Assembly (NCBI GenBank): GCA_964016885.1
Contig: OZ024753.1
Location: 45,570,001 to 45,634,000, forward strand
Length of the DNA stretch: 64,000 bases
Reading direction: 5' to 3'
DNA from: Eledone cirrhosa
Taxonomy: Eukaryota
The position numbers and the translations under genes were made by a program. The notes beneath the pieces are model-generated. The model did no database searches, was not told the origin of the DNA, and saw only the letters and a program-made list of their open reading frames with translations. Of the stretch, positions 41,810-55,599 are shown piece after piece; the first letter of the stretch is position 1, and the number at the start of each line of letters is the position of its first letter.

Positions 41810-43623
41810 ACATATACGAGGCGTAGGGGGTAGTTTTATGTATGTTGGTGTGCATGTGTATACATATATACTAAACTTTATAGAACCTGCAGCAAAAATA
41901 CAAATGCATTATCTTTGAATCGATTAGATAGATGTGCCAAGTGTTTTCTTCGATAATTTCCAAATACATGAAGAACTCCGATAGAAAAATATATTTTAAT
42001 CTGGAATTAGATATTGTCTATGAGATAGGCAAACAGATGCTGGAGTGATTGATGAACAAACAAAACAACAAATAAAATATATATTCAAATCAATGGGAGA
42101 TAAGCATTATATATAATCGATATTTTCCGATGATGTTTCAGGATTGTAATATGTAAATCATAGATTACAACAAAAACAAAGAAATCAAATGATTAGTGTG
42201 TATATATTAAAGAAGAACTAAAGATAAGACATTGATAATTCAGCTTTCTGGCTTAAGTTTCGAATTGGAACGAAGATAAAAACCATGTTTTTGAAGAATT
42301 CTAAGGTGGAATTTTGTATTGTTATATTATTATCGCGATTGTCGTTCCTCTTACATCTGAGGTCAAAGAGTTTTATCGGATGTACACGCTCAGACAAACT
42401 ATTATCCAATAATCGTTCTTTATGAATATCTAGGTTCTAATTAGAGAATTCCTCTGATGTCTCCACGCCATTACGTCTAATTTTATAGGCAGCTCTACAA
42501 ATGGTAATTTTGTGATCTAAAATAATCTATAATAGTATTCGATGTTTCTTAAAGCTACGTAGGGTGTTGCTATATCTACAATCACACGACAAAACCTTAA
42601 AACTGGAAGGATACTTTATAAAATATAATTTTAGAATCCTCATTTCTGAGATTCGAAATTGTTTTGATCATTGGAATAATCAAACAATTGTATTGAGTAA
42701 CATAGCAATAACGATATGAAATATGTTCTTAAGACAGTTTTAGAAATTCCTGATCCCCATTTCAATATCATATCTAACACAGGAGGTAATGTTAGAAAAC
42801 AGCGAGTGGAGTTTGAAATTTGAAATAGAAGGCCTCACCGTAACTATTTGAGAGCAAGATATATGCATACATCCAGACATACATGCATATATAATACTTG
42901 CTTACATACATGTATATATAATGCATGCATACAGTCGTACATAGAGACATATGTACATACATGCACACACACATACATGCATATGTACATATATGCATAC
43001 TTACAAAGTTAAATAAAGATTTAGTGGTGAAAGGTTGAAATTTAACTGGAGTTCATCTCTATAAATAGTTTTAAATAGGGAAATGAATACAATACAATCA
43101 ATTATACCTTACTCCCCATGTTATCATCAATATCTCACTTCAAATATAACAACAGTAAAAACATAACAAATATAGATACTAACTAACCTATGCTATCATC
43201 GATATGAAAATATAATTAACTTATAAAAGCTAACACGTATCTTAAGATTTTCATACGTCTTCTGCCTAATTAAGCTTGGGAAACTTTTAACATTTCATGT
43301 TTGATGTTGTTACTAATTAATTATGTCTTACTAATGTAATAAAACGTGACTTATGAAAAGTCATTTATGTTGGCAACCAGTTGTATGTTTATATGTCTGT
43401 GTGTATGAATGTATAGAAGTATGTGTGTATGAATGTATAGAAGTATGTGTGTACATATGTATGAATGGATGTATGTATGTGTGTATGTATGTGTGAATAT
43501 ATGTATATAAGTATTATATGTGTATGTATATACGTATGTATTTATGCGATCTATGTTTGTACTCATCTAAGTATTTATGTAAATACATCTATCTATTAGT
43601 GTGAATGTGAGGCATATGCACAC

Positions 43624-43686
<63 letters not shown>

Positions 43687-43714
43687 TTCTACAGGACTAG
43701 AGCTGTTCCATCCC

Positions 43715-43844
43715 TTGTTTCCCATTCTGATGAAAGACTAGTATCTGAAACGTAAAATCTCTTTTCTTATTATATCAAGAACTAAAGTAATTTATTTTTC
43801 CTTTTACTGTATTTTTGCATTGTTGTTTCCGTTTGCTCTATGCG

Positions 43845-43846
<2 letters not shown>
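43715..43846 (+). mobile_element. Family H1 pLTR fragment with minimal HHR (core intact, 43727-43754)
   Basis: CTGATGA-A-AGA(CTAGTA)TCT-GAAA-C-GTA; ends at (TA)n. Preceded by an inverted family H4 fragment. Confidence 0.7.
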
Positions 43847-43940
<94 letters not shown>

Positions 43941-44283
43941 ATGTATATATAGCTGTACATGTAGCTGGGAAAACACAAAGGAATTAGTTAGAAATCTATG
44001 ACGGAATTCCTTTCTTCAGAGAAGTCTCCGAGGACTTAATTAGCCGAATGAAATAAAGCATAGATATAACTAATTTCCTTGCTAATTTCAAATTTCTGAT
44101 ACGATATCCATTTATAGATTTGCAACTCTTCTTTCGACTCCTTTTCCACCAATTCTGAGTATTGGAAACATTTTTATTGAAAATTGAAATACAGGATGCT
44201 GAGTCAGACTAAAATTATAATTAAAACATAAATGTAAATAAATATTTTTGTTTAAGCTAAGGTGAGCTGTTATTTCTGGAGAA

Positions 44284-44460
44284 ATACGAGGGTCGCCTGG
44301 ATGGGTGATAGACTGAAAGATCTAAAGGGTGACTAATATATTCTTATGCAATGACCAAATGAGGTTTATATTAATAAGAAAAGTCTAAATTTATGTATGG
44401 AAGATTTCATAGCACTAGCATTAATCCTTCATAAATAGCCTATGAACTTTTCAGCTGGAT
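44284..44460 (+). mobile_element. Possible decayed mariner-type terminal sequence
   Basis: Starts TACGAGGGTCG, typical of mariner TIRs after a TA target. No partner TIR found. Confidence 0.25.
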
Positions 44461-44525
44461 AACCTAGCCAACGTCTCAGAAACGTCTCAGTATGCCAACA
44501 ACCTATAAGTAATTTTCAATAGGAA

Positions 44526-44570
<45 letters not shown>

Positions 44571-44571
<1 letters not shown>

Positions 44572-44774
44572 CGGAGGAAATGTGGTAAGGAACCAGGTGG
44601 ACCATAACGCACCAAAGTACTCAATACTTAGGGTAGTAGAGTGGGTAATAGGAACGAGTAGGACCCCGACGGCTGAGATCAAGCCGTTTCGACGGCTAAT
44701 TCTGGACTAAAATAGTCCAGAATTAGCCGTCGAAACGGCTTGAGCTCAGCCGTCGGGGTCCTACTCGTTCCTAT
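44571..44774 (-). mobile_element. Penelope-like fold-back insert in (TA)n (family H5)
   Basis: Palindrome 44648-44774 with a 3-nt loop and one arm mismatch. It contains the HHR 3' half GAAACGGC..GCCGTC and a tail with TTGAGTAC, with (TA)n on both sides. Confidence 0.85.
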
Positions 44775-45306
44775 ATATATATATATACATTCTCTCTTTC
44801 AATTGGTCAAATTCTGGGACTGAGGCAAGGCAAACGCAGACTTCTAATATATGTGTATTATATATCTTATAGAGGAATGATCATTTATATTTCAAAAATG
44901 AAAATATTTAAATGTAAACACCCAAAGAAGCATATCTATATTACTTAATAAATACGAGTTTTGCCATAATTATTACAAATCTGCCAACAAAAGAAATACA
45001 AAGAGATATGCGTCCGGTAAACGATATGGTAATTAATACACCCTCATGTTTTGGCCAACTAATTAGTAAGCATATCCTGTATATTTGTTATTATTATTAT
45101 TACCAAATATTGCACATTTTATGTGTTTTTGAAATATTATAAGACTCTATAAGCAAAAGTATATGTATTTCTATAAAAATTTAACTGTAAATATAAATAT
45201 CAGTGTAATATATTACAGCAATAAATTCCAATAATTCGAGATACTATTTCCTACATGATAATTAAAATAACTTGTAATTGTGTATATTTGAATTCATCTT
45301 GCCCCC

Positions 45307-45337
<31 letters not shown>

Positions 45338-45904
45338 ACTTGTTTTGCAAGATTTCTTATCTGAAATCTTGTAACAGATAATATAGCTATATATATATAT
45401 GGGTGTGTATGGGTTTGTGTGCGTATCAATGAATATATATATTTGTGTCTTGGTATCAAGAGAAAAACCGTAGAAGAAAATAGAAAGGCAGTTATTGGTA
45501 CATCAGGTTTTATCTGTAAATATATGGGTAATGGATATCTAGTATGCTTCAAGTTACAAAACCTTACACAATAGTATCATACACATGCAATCAAAGTTGC
45601 ATTCACTCAAACCTGCTTTTATCCAACAGCGAAGATAGTGCAAAAGTAAAAGAATATTTGAACAATGGTAAACAACACTAGCACCGTTTAGCATTGTACA
45701 GTTTTCTTAAAACATCAAACTTTATTATTCCATCAACCAACCTCAGGCCAATTGTTATTGTATCTATAATGTCCACCAATGTACAGACTTTTATATACAA
45801 ACATATATTTATTACTTATGCATATATATATATATATATATTGAATATATAGGAATAGAAAAGAATATACACACATATATATATATATATATGTATTTAT
45901 ATTT

Positions 45905-46122
45905 ATCCAGGGGGTGTAACTTGGAGTTACTGCAGGTTCTCTCGGGAGAGCACTCGATGTTTAGGTTTACTTCATAGCATTTTAAAGGGTCCGTCGAGCT
46001 GCCGATTATTGAGTCGGGAAGGATCGATACAGATCGAACCTTGAGCTGATCAGTGGCGAAACGCGCGTCACCTACCAATAAATGTAATGAAGGAGTAACC
46101 AATCGTGCTTGTTATCCTTTCA
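45905..46122. mobile_element. GC-rich insert between TA-rich tracts, with HHR-like GAAACGCGCGTC and AATAAA
   Basis: CTGATCAGTGGC-GAAA-CGCGCG-TC (46046-46069) then AATAAA, as seen in PLE pLTRs. Confidence 0.5.
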
Positions 46123-46169
46123 ATATATATAATATATATATATATAGGTATGTATTCATGGTGAAATAC

Positions 46170-46215
<46 letters not shown>

Positions 46216-46259
46216 ATAAATATATATATATATAATGGAAATAATATATGCTTAATGAC

Positions 46260-46430
46260 ATAGAGTTATGGCCCTTTATGTTCCGAATTCAAATCCCGCC
46301 GAGGTTAGCTTTGCCTTTCATCCTTACGCGGTCGATAAAATAAAACACCAGTAATGCACTGGGGTCGATTTAATCGACTTTCCCTTTCCCCAAATATTGT
46401 TGGCTTTGTGCCTAAATCAGAAACGATAAT
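46260..46430 (+). mobile_element. SINE family A, 5'-truncated
   Basis: gaattcaaatcccgccgaggttagctttgcctttcatcc...gtcgataaa. Confidence 0.85.
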
Positions 46431-47342
46431 TAACAACATGTTATTTTAGTTTGTTAATTTGCCCCGATATTTTACTGTCGGGGTTAAAACTGGGTTAACT
46501 TAACACAGAAATTATTTGTTTATAATGTTATTCTGGATATTTATCATATTCAATTTTAAACATTTATTGCTTCGTAGTTCTTACTGTTGTTGTATTTTCT
46601 ATAGCGTTTATTATCGTATATTTTCTATATTTCTGGTGACTTCTGTTATATATCATTATTGATACACATTTACAAATAGTTAATATTTGATATCAGTTAT
46701 AACATAGTCAATCAACATCTGCTTTCGCCAATTCTATATAAAACGAATCAGAGTCTAGTGAACGTTGAAGTAGCTCAGAATTTTTGATATATTAAAATAC
46801 ATTGAATAATTTCTTATATTCCGAATACGTATCCGCATATAATTGTTATATATATATATATTTATACACACACACACACATACACATATATACATATATA
46901 CATATATACATATATACATATATATAACACAAGCACACACACACACATATATATATATATATAGACACACACACATATGTGTCTGTGTGCCTTTTGCTAT
47001 TGAGCAAATATATAAGCGATTAGATGTTTTCTCAATAGCTTTTGATTTGTTTGGGTAAGATATATATGAAATAATATCTTGCTATTCATCTCCACATATA
47101 TTTACGTTCCGCTTTCATAAACGATCCATTCTGATAGAAAATTTATTCATTCTTTAGACTGAATAAAATTTAATCTTCATAAATAATCATACATCATACA
47201 TATTAGGCAACTTACATACATATTTAGGCATAGGAACATACACTCAAATACTGGTAGAGCCCCGTATAGACATAGATACATAATCTTAAATACGGCGGTA
47301 TATGTGCGTGCGCGCTTGTAATTGTGTTAACATTAATATATA

Positions 47343-47387
<45 letters not shown>

Positions 47388-49373
47388 ATATATATATACA
47401 GTATAATTGTATTGGGTTTATATATATAAATACTTACACACACAAATATTCATGTTATCTATATGTATTTAGCTATACTACATAATGAATTGTATCTACA
47501 ACAAAAAACAAACAAACCTCTTTAATGGGATGTCTTTAATTCATTAATGTATAGTGATTTACTTTGGTTATAAGGACGAAACTGACTAATATCGGCCTAT
47601 AGAAAGATTATAATTGAAGTATATACAACTATTTCTAATCAAGTATACATAAACGAAGTTTTTGAATTTAGAGTATTAATGAGCATAAAAATATAAAGGA
47701 AGTTATCCATTAAACTATGAATATAAATGCGGTATTGCTTCGGCTCTTCAATAAATTAAATAGAGATGAAATTTTAAAATAAAAATACATTAAGAAAAAC
47801 ACTTCCCATGGTATTATATGGGAAGATATATAATTTGTTGCAAATATAAATGTTTGTAAAATGTACACACCCACGCTCTCTCAAACACATATAAAAGTAT
47901 ATATATATAGAGAGAAATATCGAACGCTGGATAATAGCCATGAACAGAGCTTTAGAAAACCGGCTACAATAAGCCTATAGACGGAAATATAGCCAACAGT
48001 CACTACAGCGATTCAAATTTGTACGTCACAAATTACGTACCGTTGAGCTACACGACACCTGGCAACACTTCCTGTTTTATATAACGCTAAATATCAGCTT
48101 TTCAATGAGATTACGTATTGTAAATACTTATGTTTCTATTATTCTGGTAATATGTAAACTGCTAGAATATTGGAAATATTATGTAATGAAGAAATATTAT
48201 TAGGAAAATACAAACGAAAATAGATAAACAACATTTGAAAATGTTACTGTGAAATACCCGTTCATATAAATATTGAATATTTCTTTTTAATATTGTGTTT
48301 AATATATCTTCCTATATTCTCACGAATCTTCTCCGATCTACTGCAAAGCGCTTTGATAACCCGACAGGATTTCTACCATTATATGAAAATAATCGATTCA
48401 TACATTGACAGAAATTCTGAAGAACCGATTTTGGAAATATGCTAAAGATCATATTCATCGTTTCATTGAAATATTTGGAATGGTATATGTCTGTTGATTC
48501 TTCGATTAGTCTTATATAATATATGTTAAATTAACTAACTTTTTCAAAAATATAAAATAGTTGTAAAAAATATAATGAATAAAGAAAGTAAAGTAATGTA
48601 GTATTGTAAGAATCCTGGTTCACCAAAGGACCAGAAAATAGAGAAAATAAGATAAAAACTTGCAATCTAATATTGGTTTGACAATAAGATTATTCTCAGA
48701 GTTTATATACTCCAGGAATATATTCCATCAGTAAATCCTAGTTCGGCATATAAGCCTCAGAGCTTTACATTTGAAAATCTATTTGAAAACAGATTATATA
48801 TAGTGAAGTTTGTAAACTACGGATGTTATTCGAAATATTGATGTACGTACATACACACATATACCCCCCCCCCCCCACACACACACACATATATATATAT
48901 ATACACATATATATGTATGCTTGTGTGCATATGTACAGGCTTTGTTGTGTTTTCCTTCAATATATACTCGTGAATAGTCGACATCCGGAATTTGGTTTTA
49001 AAATAGATTTTGTATTAAAATTGTTTCAGGCAAGAATCACAAACAAGCACATACATACACACACTCATATGCTCAAACAAATACACACACTCATATGCTC
49101 AAACAAATACACACATATACACTCACATACACACACATTTATATATGTATGTACAGTATAAACTAGATCCCCCGAAAACCACAGAGCATTGCACACAGAT
49201 CACGTTCCCCGAACATATATGAACACAAATATACACATACATCTCTCTCTCCCTTTCTCTGTCTCTCCCTCTCTCTTTCTTTCTTTCTTTCTCCTCTCTC
49301 ACACACACGCACAAACAGAGACGAACACATATACGTAATATGTTACATGTGCATATAAGTCTATCACAAAAAT

Positions 49374-49563
<190 letters not shown>

Positions 49564-49836
49564 TGGTTATAATATTTCCAGAGTATTTTCAGAATGACAG
49601 GAATAGAAAGAACGAGCCAAAAGGATAATAGAAATGACTAAAGTGATTACAAAATTTTCATTTGGAATACTTTTATTCTTTTATTACATTATTCGTTGAT
49701 TCTTTTATTCCTGAGAATTGAATAACACATAAGTACAGATCTAAATAAAACGTCAAACATACCCGACACCTACACAGAATGTCGGCTGAAAATATATCAT
49801 TCTCATAGAATGACAAATACGATCCCATGAGAATCA

Positions 49837-49917
49837 TCAATCTGACAAGATTTTCCCACCCGGAGGGAGGTATTGGAGTGTGTCGATTGGTATAATAAAT
49901 TGCGCAGAACTTGGTAC

Positions 49918-49973
<56 letters not shown>

Positions 49974-50065
49974 ACCAAGTTTTGCGCAATTTATTATACC
50001 AATCGACATATATATATATATATACATGTTTCGAGGGCGATTTATTTATTATGCCAATCGACACA
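49837..50065. mobile_element. Tail-to-tail inverted element ends around a (TA)n(TG)n tract
   Basis: TGTCGATTGGTATAATAAATTGCGCA.AACTTGGTACA at about 49881-49918 (+) and 49971-50008 (-). A third related motif sits at 50028-50065 (-). Confidence 0.7.
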
Positions 50066-50479
50066 TATATAGATATATATAAACACACATTGTATCTATC
50101 TACATATATATATTAATATATGTGTGTATGTGAGTGTTTAGATGTATCTAAATGTGTAGTTTTGAGTGATTAGTATTATGAGTGATTAGTATTACCTCAC
50201 GTATATTTCTATTTCATAGTCCTCCAATATGATTCAATCAGATAAAAGTATTTTCTTAACTTCTGGCGCCGCGTGAATATATACAGATGTATATACACCA
50301 CATGTATATACACACATGCACAATCGCATGTAGCCTATCTACAAAATAGAGCTGAGTGTTTAAACTAGAGAACCATCAGTAACTAAACGTTACAAACATA
50401 TACATACACACAGACATATATATACATACATATATATATATACATATATATACACGCGCGTGTGTGTGTGTGTGTGTGG

Positions 50480-50516
<37 letters not shown>

Positions 50517-50535
50517 GGTGTACATACACATGTAT

Positions 50536-50571
<36 letters not shown>

Positions 50572-51044
50572 AGAAGAAGAATACGAAAGTGTATCGGAGT
50601 GTCGAAAGTGCGATTTTTAATTGAAAATAAATAGTTACATTTGCTTGTAGATATTTACATAGGTGATCTAATGCTGTGTATATAATGAGAAAATATGTGA
50701 ACGCTAAGGTACACATTTCTTCATTCATTCTGTTCGTCGTCTGGCAAAGGTGAGAAAATACCTTCAGATTGGATAAAGTGTGCTTTGAAGCGGAACATTC
50801 TTTTGTGTATTTAACTGACAAATCACTTAACCGAATCTTTCTAGGAGGTGAAGAAAGAAGCTGAGTATATATGAAGAAATGAGGAACATTTATTATAACA
50901 TGTATGTATATAGATTTTAAAAGCGTTTTGTGACAGCTCGTGTTTACATTCTTCATGAACCTGAAATAGAATGGATTCCACTTCACACCCACTACTTCAC
51001 ATTCAGCTTTGCTGCTGCTGCTAATACTACTACTATTAATACTA

Positions 51045-51315
51045 ATAATGGTTTCTTATATAGGCACAAGGCCAGCAATTTTGGGAGAGGGGAAAGTCGA
51101 TTAAATCGACCCCAGTGTACTACTGGTACTTTATTTTATCGACCTCCCTGTAAGGATGAAAGGCAAAGTTAACCTCGGCAGGATTTGAACTCAGATCATA
51201 AAGGACCGTAACTCTAATAATTTTTTCTACTTTAGGTACAAGCCCAGCAATTTGGGGAAGGGGAAACTCGATTAAATTGACCCCAGTACATCACTGGTAC
51301 TTTATTTTATCGACC
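51045..51315 (-). mobile_element. Two tandem SINE family A fragments
   Basis: Core motifs at about 51045-51215 and 51216-51315. Confidence 0.85.
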
Positions 51316-52226
51316 AATAGGTGGAGCTCGCATCAGGGGTAACTTAGGAACCCCACTGAACCTAAAATTCCAAGAACACCATAGGAAGGTCCCCCTCTTC
51401 CCTCAAAACGCTCCAGCGAACAGGCGCATGATCAGTGTAGGCCCATCTATTCAGGCCATTTTCGCTACATCCACCCACATTTTAACAAGTCTATTAAGGG
51501 GGGGGGTTAACACGCCCCAACGTCCAGATTTGAAATTTGAGCTTAAATAATCTTAAATATAAACTACAATACAATGATTCCATTTTGCTACAGAAACTAC
51601 CTGAGTAAAATATGATGATAGAATAAAAGACAAACTTTTTTATATATATAATATATGGACAATTGGAGTTGCAAAATATGTCAGAAGTTCAGCAAAAAAA
51701 AAGCGATAAACAGAATCAGTATTATGAAATAAAAGACCTAAGTAAATATATAAACACCCAACAGCACAACGATAAAACGAAAGAGAAATTGCATGAATAA
51801 GTGAGATATCAAATAAAAAATATATATAGAGGAATGTGGTTATATGGAAAGAAAAAACGCAGATGTGGTTGTAGAAAACTATTTAAAAGCTTCAGTTAAA
51901 AATATGCAACAATATATATTTTTATTTCTCATAATCGAGAGGTAAATATTTCAAAATATATCAAAGCAGTGATGAAAAGTGAAAGTTGATTTCATTGTAA
52001 CCATATAACTATATGTGTAGACATCTTTTGCTGAATGTTTGGAAGACATTTTATTTCCTACAATAAAGTTATATATATATATATATATACACACGTGTGT
52101 CTTTATATGTGTGCATGAGTGTGCATGTGTGGAAACGAGCGTATGTGTAAAATACACACACACACACATATATATATATATGTATGTATATATATCTATA
52201 TATATATACACACATACACACACACA

Positions 52227-52268
<42 letters not shown>

Positions 52269-52291
52269 AATACACACTCACACACACAAAC

Positions 52292-52322
<31 letters not shown>

Positions 52323-52328
52323 CACACT

Positions 52329-52376
<48 letters not shown>

Positions 52377-53253
52377 GCAGTATGTCTATTTGTGTTTTTG
52401 TTTCCAATCCCACGATGAAATGTAACGAAGAAACCAAAAAAAAAAATATATATATATATATAATAAAATAAAACACACACAAACAAACAATAAATACATA
52501 TCATAATAAAACATTGTTGTCCCATAAATAAATACCGTGGCAAAACATTAAAACAAGTTAAAACATAGAAAACTATATTTAAATGTGTTCATAAATGATT
52601 TGATATTAAGAAGAATGTAATATATTAATATAAACTTATTTGCATGCAACAGAGATATAACTCCACAAATAGTACATCAACATTTTAGACTCTCCCATGT
52701 AATTTTCACGATGCTGTTAACGTGGATATTGTGTACATGAACACAATTAGGAAAATAAACAAATACACACTAAAATAATATTGTATAAAATATATAAACA
52801 CTCTCTATTAAGATACATAATAAAATAAATTACTTTATTGCATTTCTACAAAACATTACAAATTGATATTTATTTTAAAATAAGTTTTTCCACTACGTGT
52901 GAATATATTCATAATAGGTTTTGCGAAAAACACACACCCCCGAAAAATATAATTCCCTCCACTTTCATCTACCCATATGTTAATAGCGCTGTAATTAATG
53001 TTCATATGCTTTTAGGTGTGTTTTTCGTTTTGGTTTTCTTATTTACGTATATCTTATTTTCCTATATAATCATTCCATGCATATGTGGAGTAAATTGTAT
53101 ATAATCTGCAATAAAACAACAGTGTGTATGTTATGTTATACAACGCTCTGACGCATCACATGCACTGTTTCTGCCTCAGTTTATGAGTATATAAATATGA
53201 CATATTTCAAGTAATCATTTATACATACATGTGTATATACATACATACATGTG

Positions 53254-53290
<37 letters not shown>

Positions 53291-53330
53291 ATGTATATAT
53301 ATATATGTATGTATACATGTGTGTGTGTAG

Positions 53331-53380
<50 letters not shown>

Positions 53381-53629
53381 ATGTGTAGATATAACTATAT
53401 TAATTTGGATTTTATTTACATACACACAGAGAAATGAAAGCCATTAGCTGAATAAAGAACTCCATATGTGTAACTGACTTAGGTAGTTTATGAAGTGAGA
53501 ATGTCGTTAAATTTCGTTTAGTAAGTCTGTCCAAAATCTCAGTTAAAAGAAACATCTGGAAACACAGGAATGACTCTCACCTTTACACTTGCCCCACACT
53601 CTCTCACTCTCTCTTTCTCTCTCTCTCTT

Positions 53630-53678
<49 letters not shown>

Positions 53679-55381
53679 TGAAAATGCTTATGGTCTTATA
53701 TAATCCTTCATTAATATTCTCATGATTTATCATATTAAGAAGTCCATTGTCTAATATATTATATTATATATAAAAGTCAATAGGGTAGTATTTGGTGGAC
53801 ATTTGCAGTAAATCCTGGCATATCGTCTAGAGTCTAGTTTCGAGACCATGTAACATCACCCGTTAGTTTGTTGTCTCTGATTTTTAGACGTACAAGGAAG
53901 GACACACATATTTAAATAAACAGCAAAGTCACAAGTAGCCACAATACCGAGAACTTTTACATTTGTAGTTACCCTTTCTCCAAACACTATTGATTGTAAC
54001 ATCTCTGCTTAATCCTACGTTACTAAAGCATAGTAAGATGCAAAACATTCGTGACTGAATTTCTTCAAAACACATTTCTCGGTGTGTTTACTTTTAAAGG
54101 GATATATCATAGCATCTTTGAAATATGTATAGAAATATTTCTCTCTTGCATGTTCAGGTTTGATGCACGTATGGGTGTTAAGGAATTTGTTCTACTCTGT
54201 TCAAGTCGTTTATAAATGATGGTATTCATATATCTTTCTACTATAAATACAATTTAAAAGTAATGTGTAGACTTATAACTACCAGTGTCTATGTATGTAT
54301 GTGGTATGTAACTCTGCATTGGTTGTATACTGGTCTTTCTGTGCGTTTCTTAGTTTGTGTATTTACGTCAATCAGATTATATGTTTGTGTCTGTGAGTGC
54401 ATTTGTATTTTGTCTAATATATGTGTGAATGCGTGTTTGTTTTGTTTTAGAATATGGATGGGAAACAAACATAAATTTAATTAAGATAACGAATATAAAA
54501 ATATGATGTGAAATGCACTAACAAAATATTTTATTCGCGGCTACTCTAAAAATAATTCTCTGATTTGCAGTGAACGGAAAATAGCGATGAAGAATATAAA
54601 AGTGAAATAGTTATGAATATAAAAGTGATAAACGCAGAAGATTTTCTGATAAATCTGCTCCACTGTTGGACAATCTAAATAATAGACTAACGTGATTTTT
54701 TCTTTTCTTTTCTTTAACCTCCACATACTGTTTTCTTCTGGAAAATAAACACAAGAAACAAATCTTGTTTAAAATATATTGATCAGAAGTTCAAAGAGAT
54801 TTATAAACTTTGCACTTGTTATTTGTATTGCTGTGGTTGTTTTCTTCGATGATGTTATTGTCGTTAGTTTTTCCTCTTGTTTGATGTAACTTTTAGTTTC
54901 GTATGCTTTTATCAAGACAAATATTGTGAACGTTGAAATACTATCAGCAAAGATAGGATAAACTGCATTTAAGGTGTCGGTTTTAGATCCACTGTGTCGT
55001 GGCTGTCTAAGATTGTTCCACAATAATGTAGTTACGATTTCGTTACTGTTATGTGACATAGTCATACGCTAGGTATCTCTGACCCCCCCCCCCCCCCCCC
55101 CAGGGTCGACCAGAAGCTTGTTAATGAAATCTGTTAGTCAGAGACTGTGTGAAGAGACCGGTCATATATTTGGGTTGTTGCCTTAATCTATCGGCTTACA
55201 TCCTTCTTTTGCCTCGTAGCGGCATTAATCAGGCATGTGGTTAAAGAGATTGCTTTGCAACCACGTGATTCATTTTTGTGAATATGCATTCGAAACAAGA
55301 CAATAAGGACAATATATATATATATATATATACATCAGCTCTGCTTGGTTTGCAAATATTTAGAAGTTCCTATATGCTGAT

Positions 55382-55434
<53 letters not shown>

Positions 55435-55599
55435 CACACCACACCACACCACGCCACACCACACCACACACATATATATATATATATATATACAGGAAAA
55501 GAGGGAGGGAGAGGGCTTCTTTCTTCAATGTGCGTTGCATTAAAGGTATCCTTTTTTCTCCCACTTCGATCTGTGAAACAAAACATAGACCAACGTCGA

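Noticed and set aside
54769-55065. 98-aa minus-strand ORF
   Set aside because: No recognisable motif; the length is expected by chance or from a decayed element.
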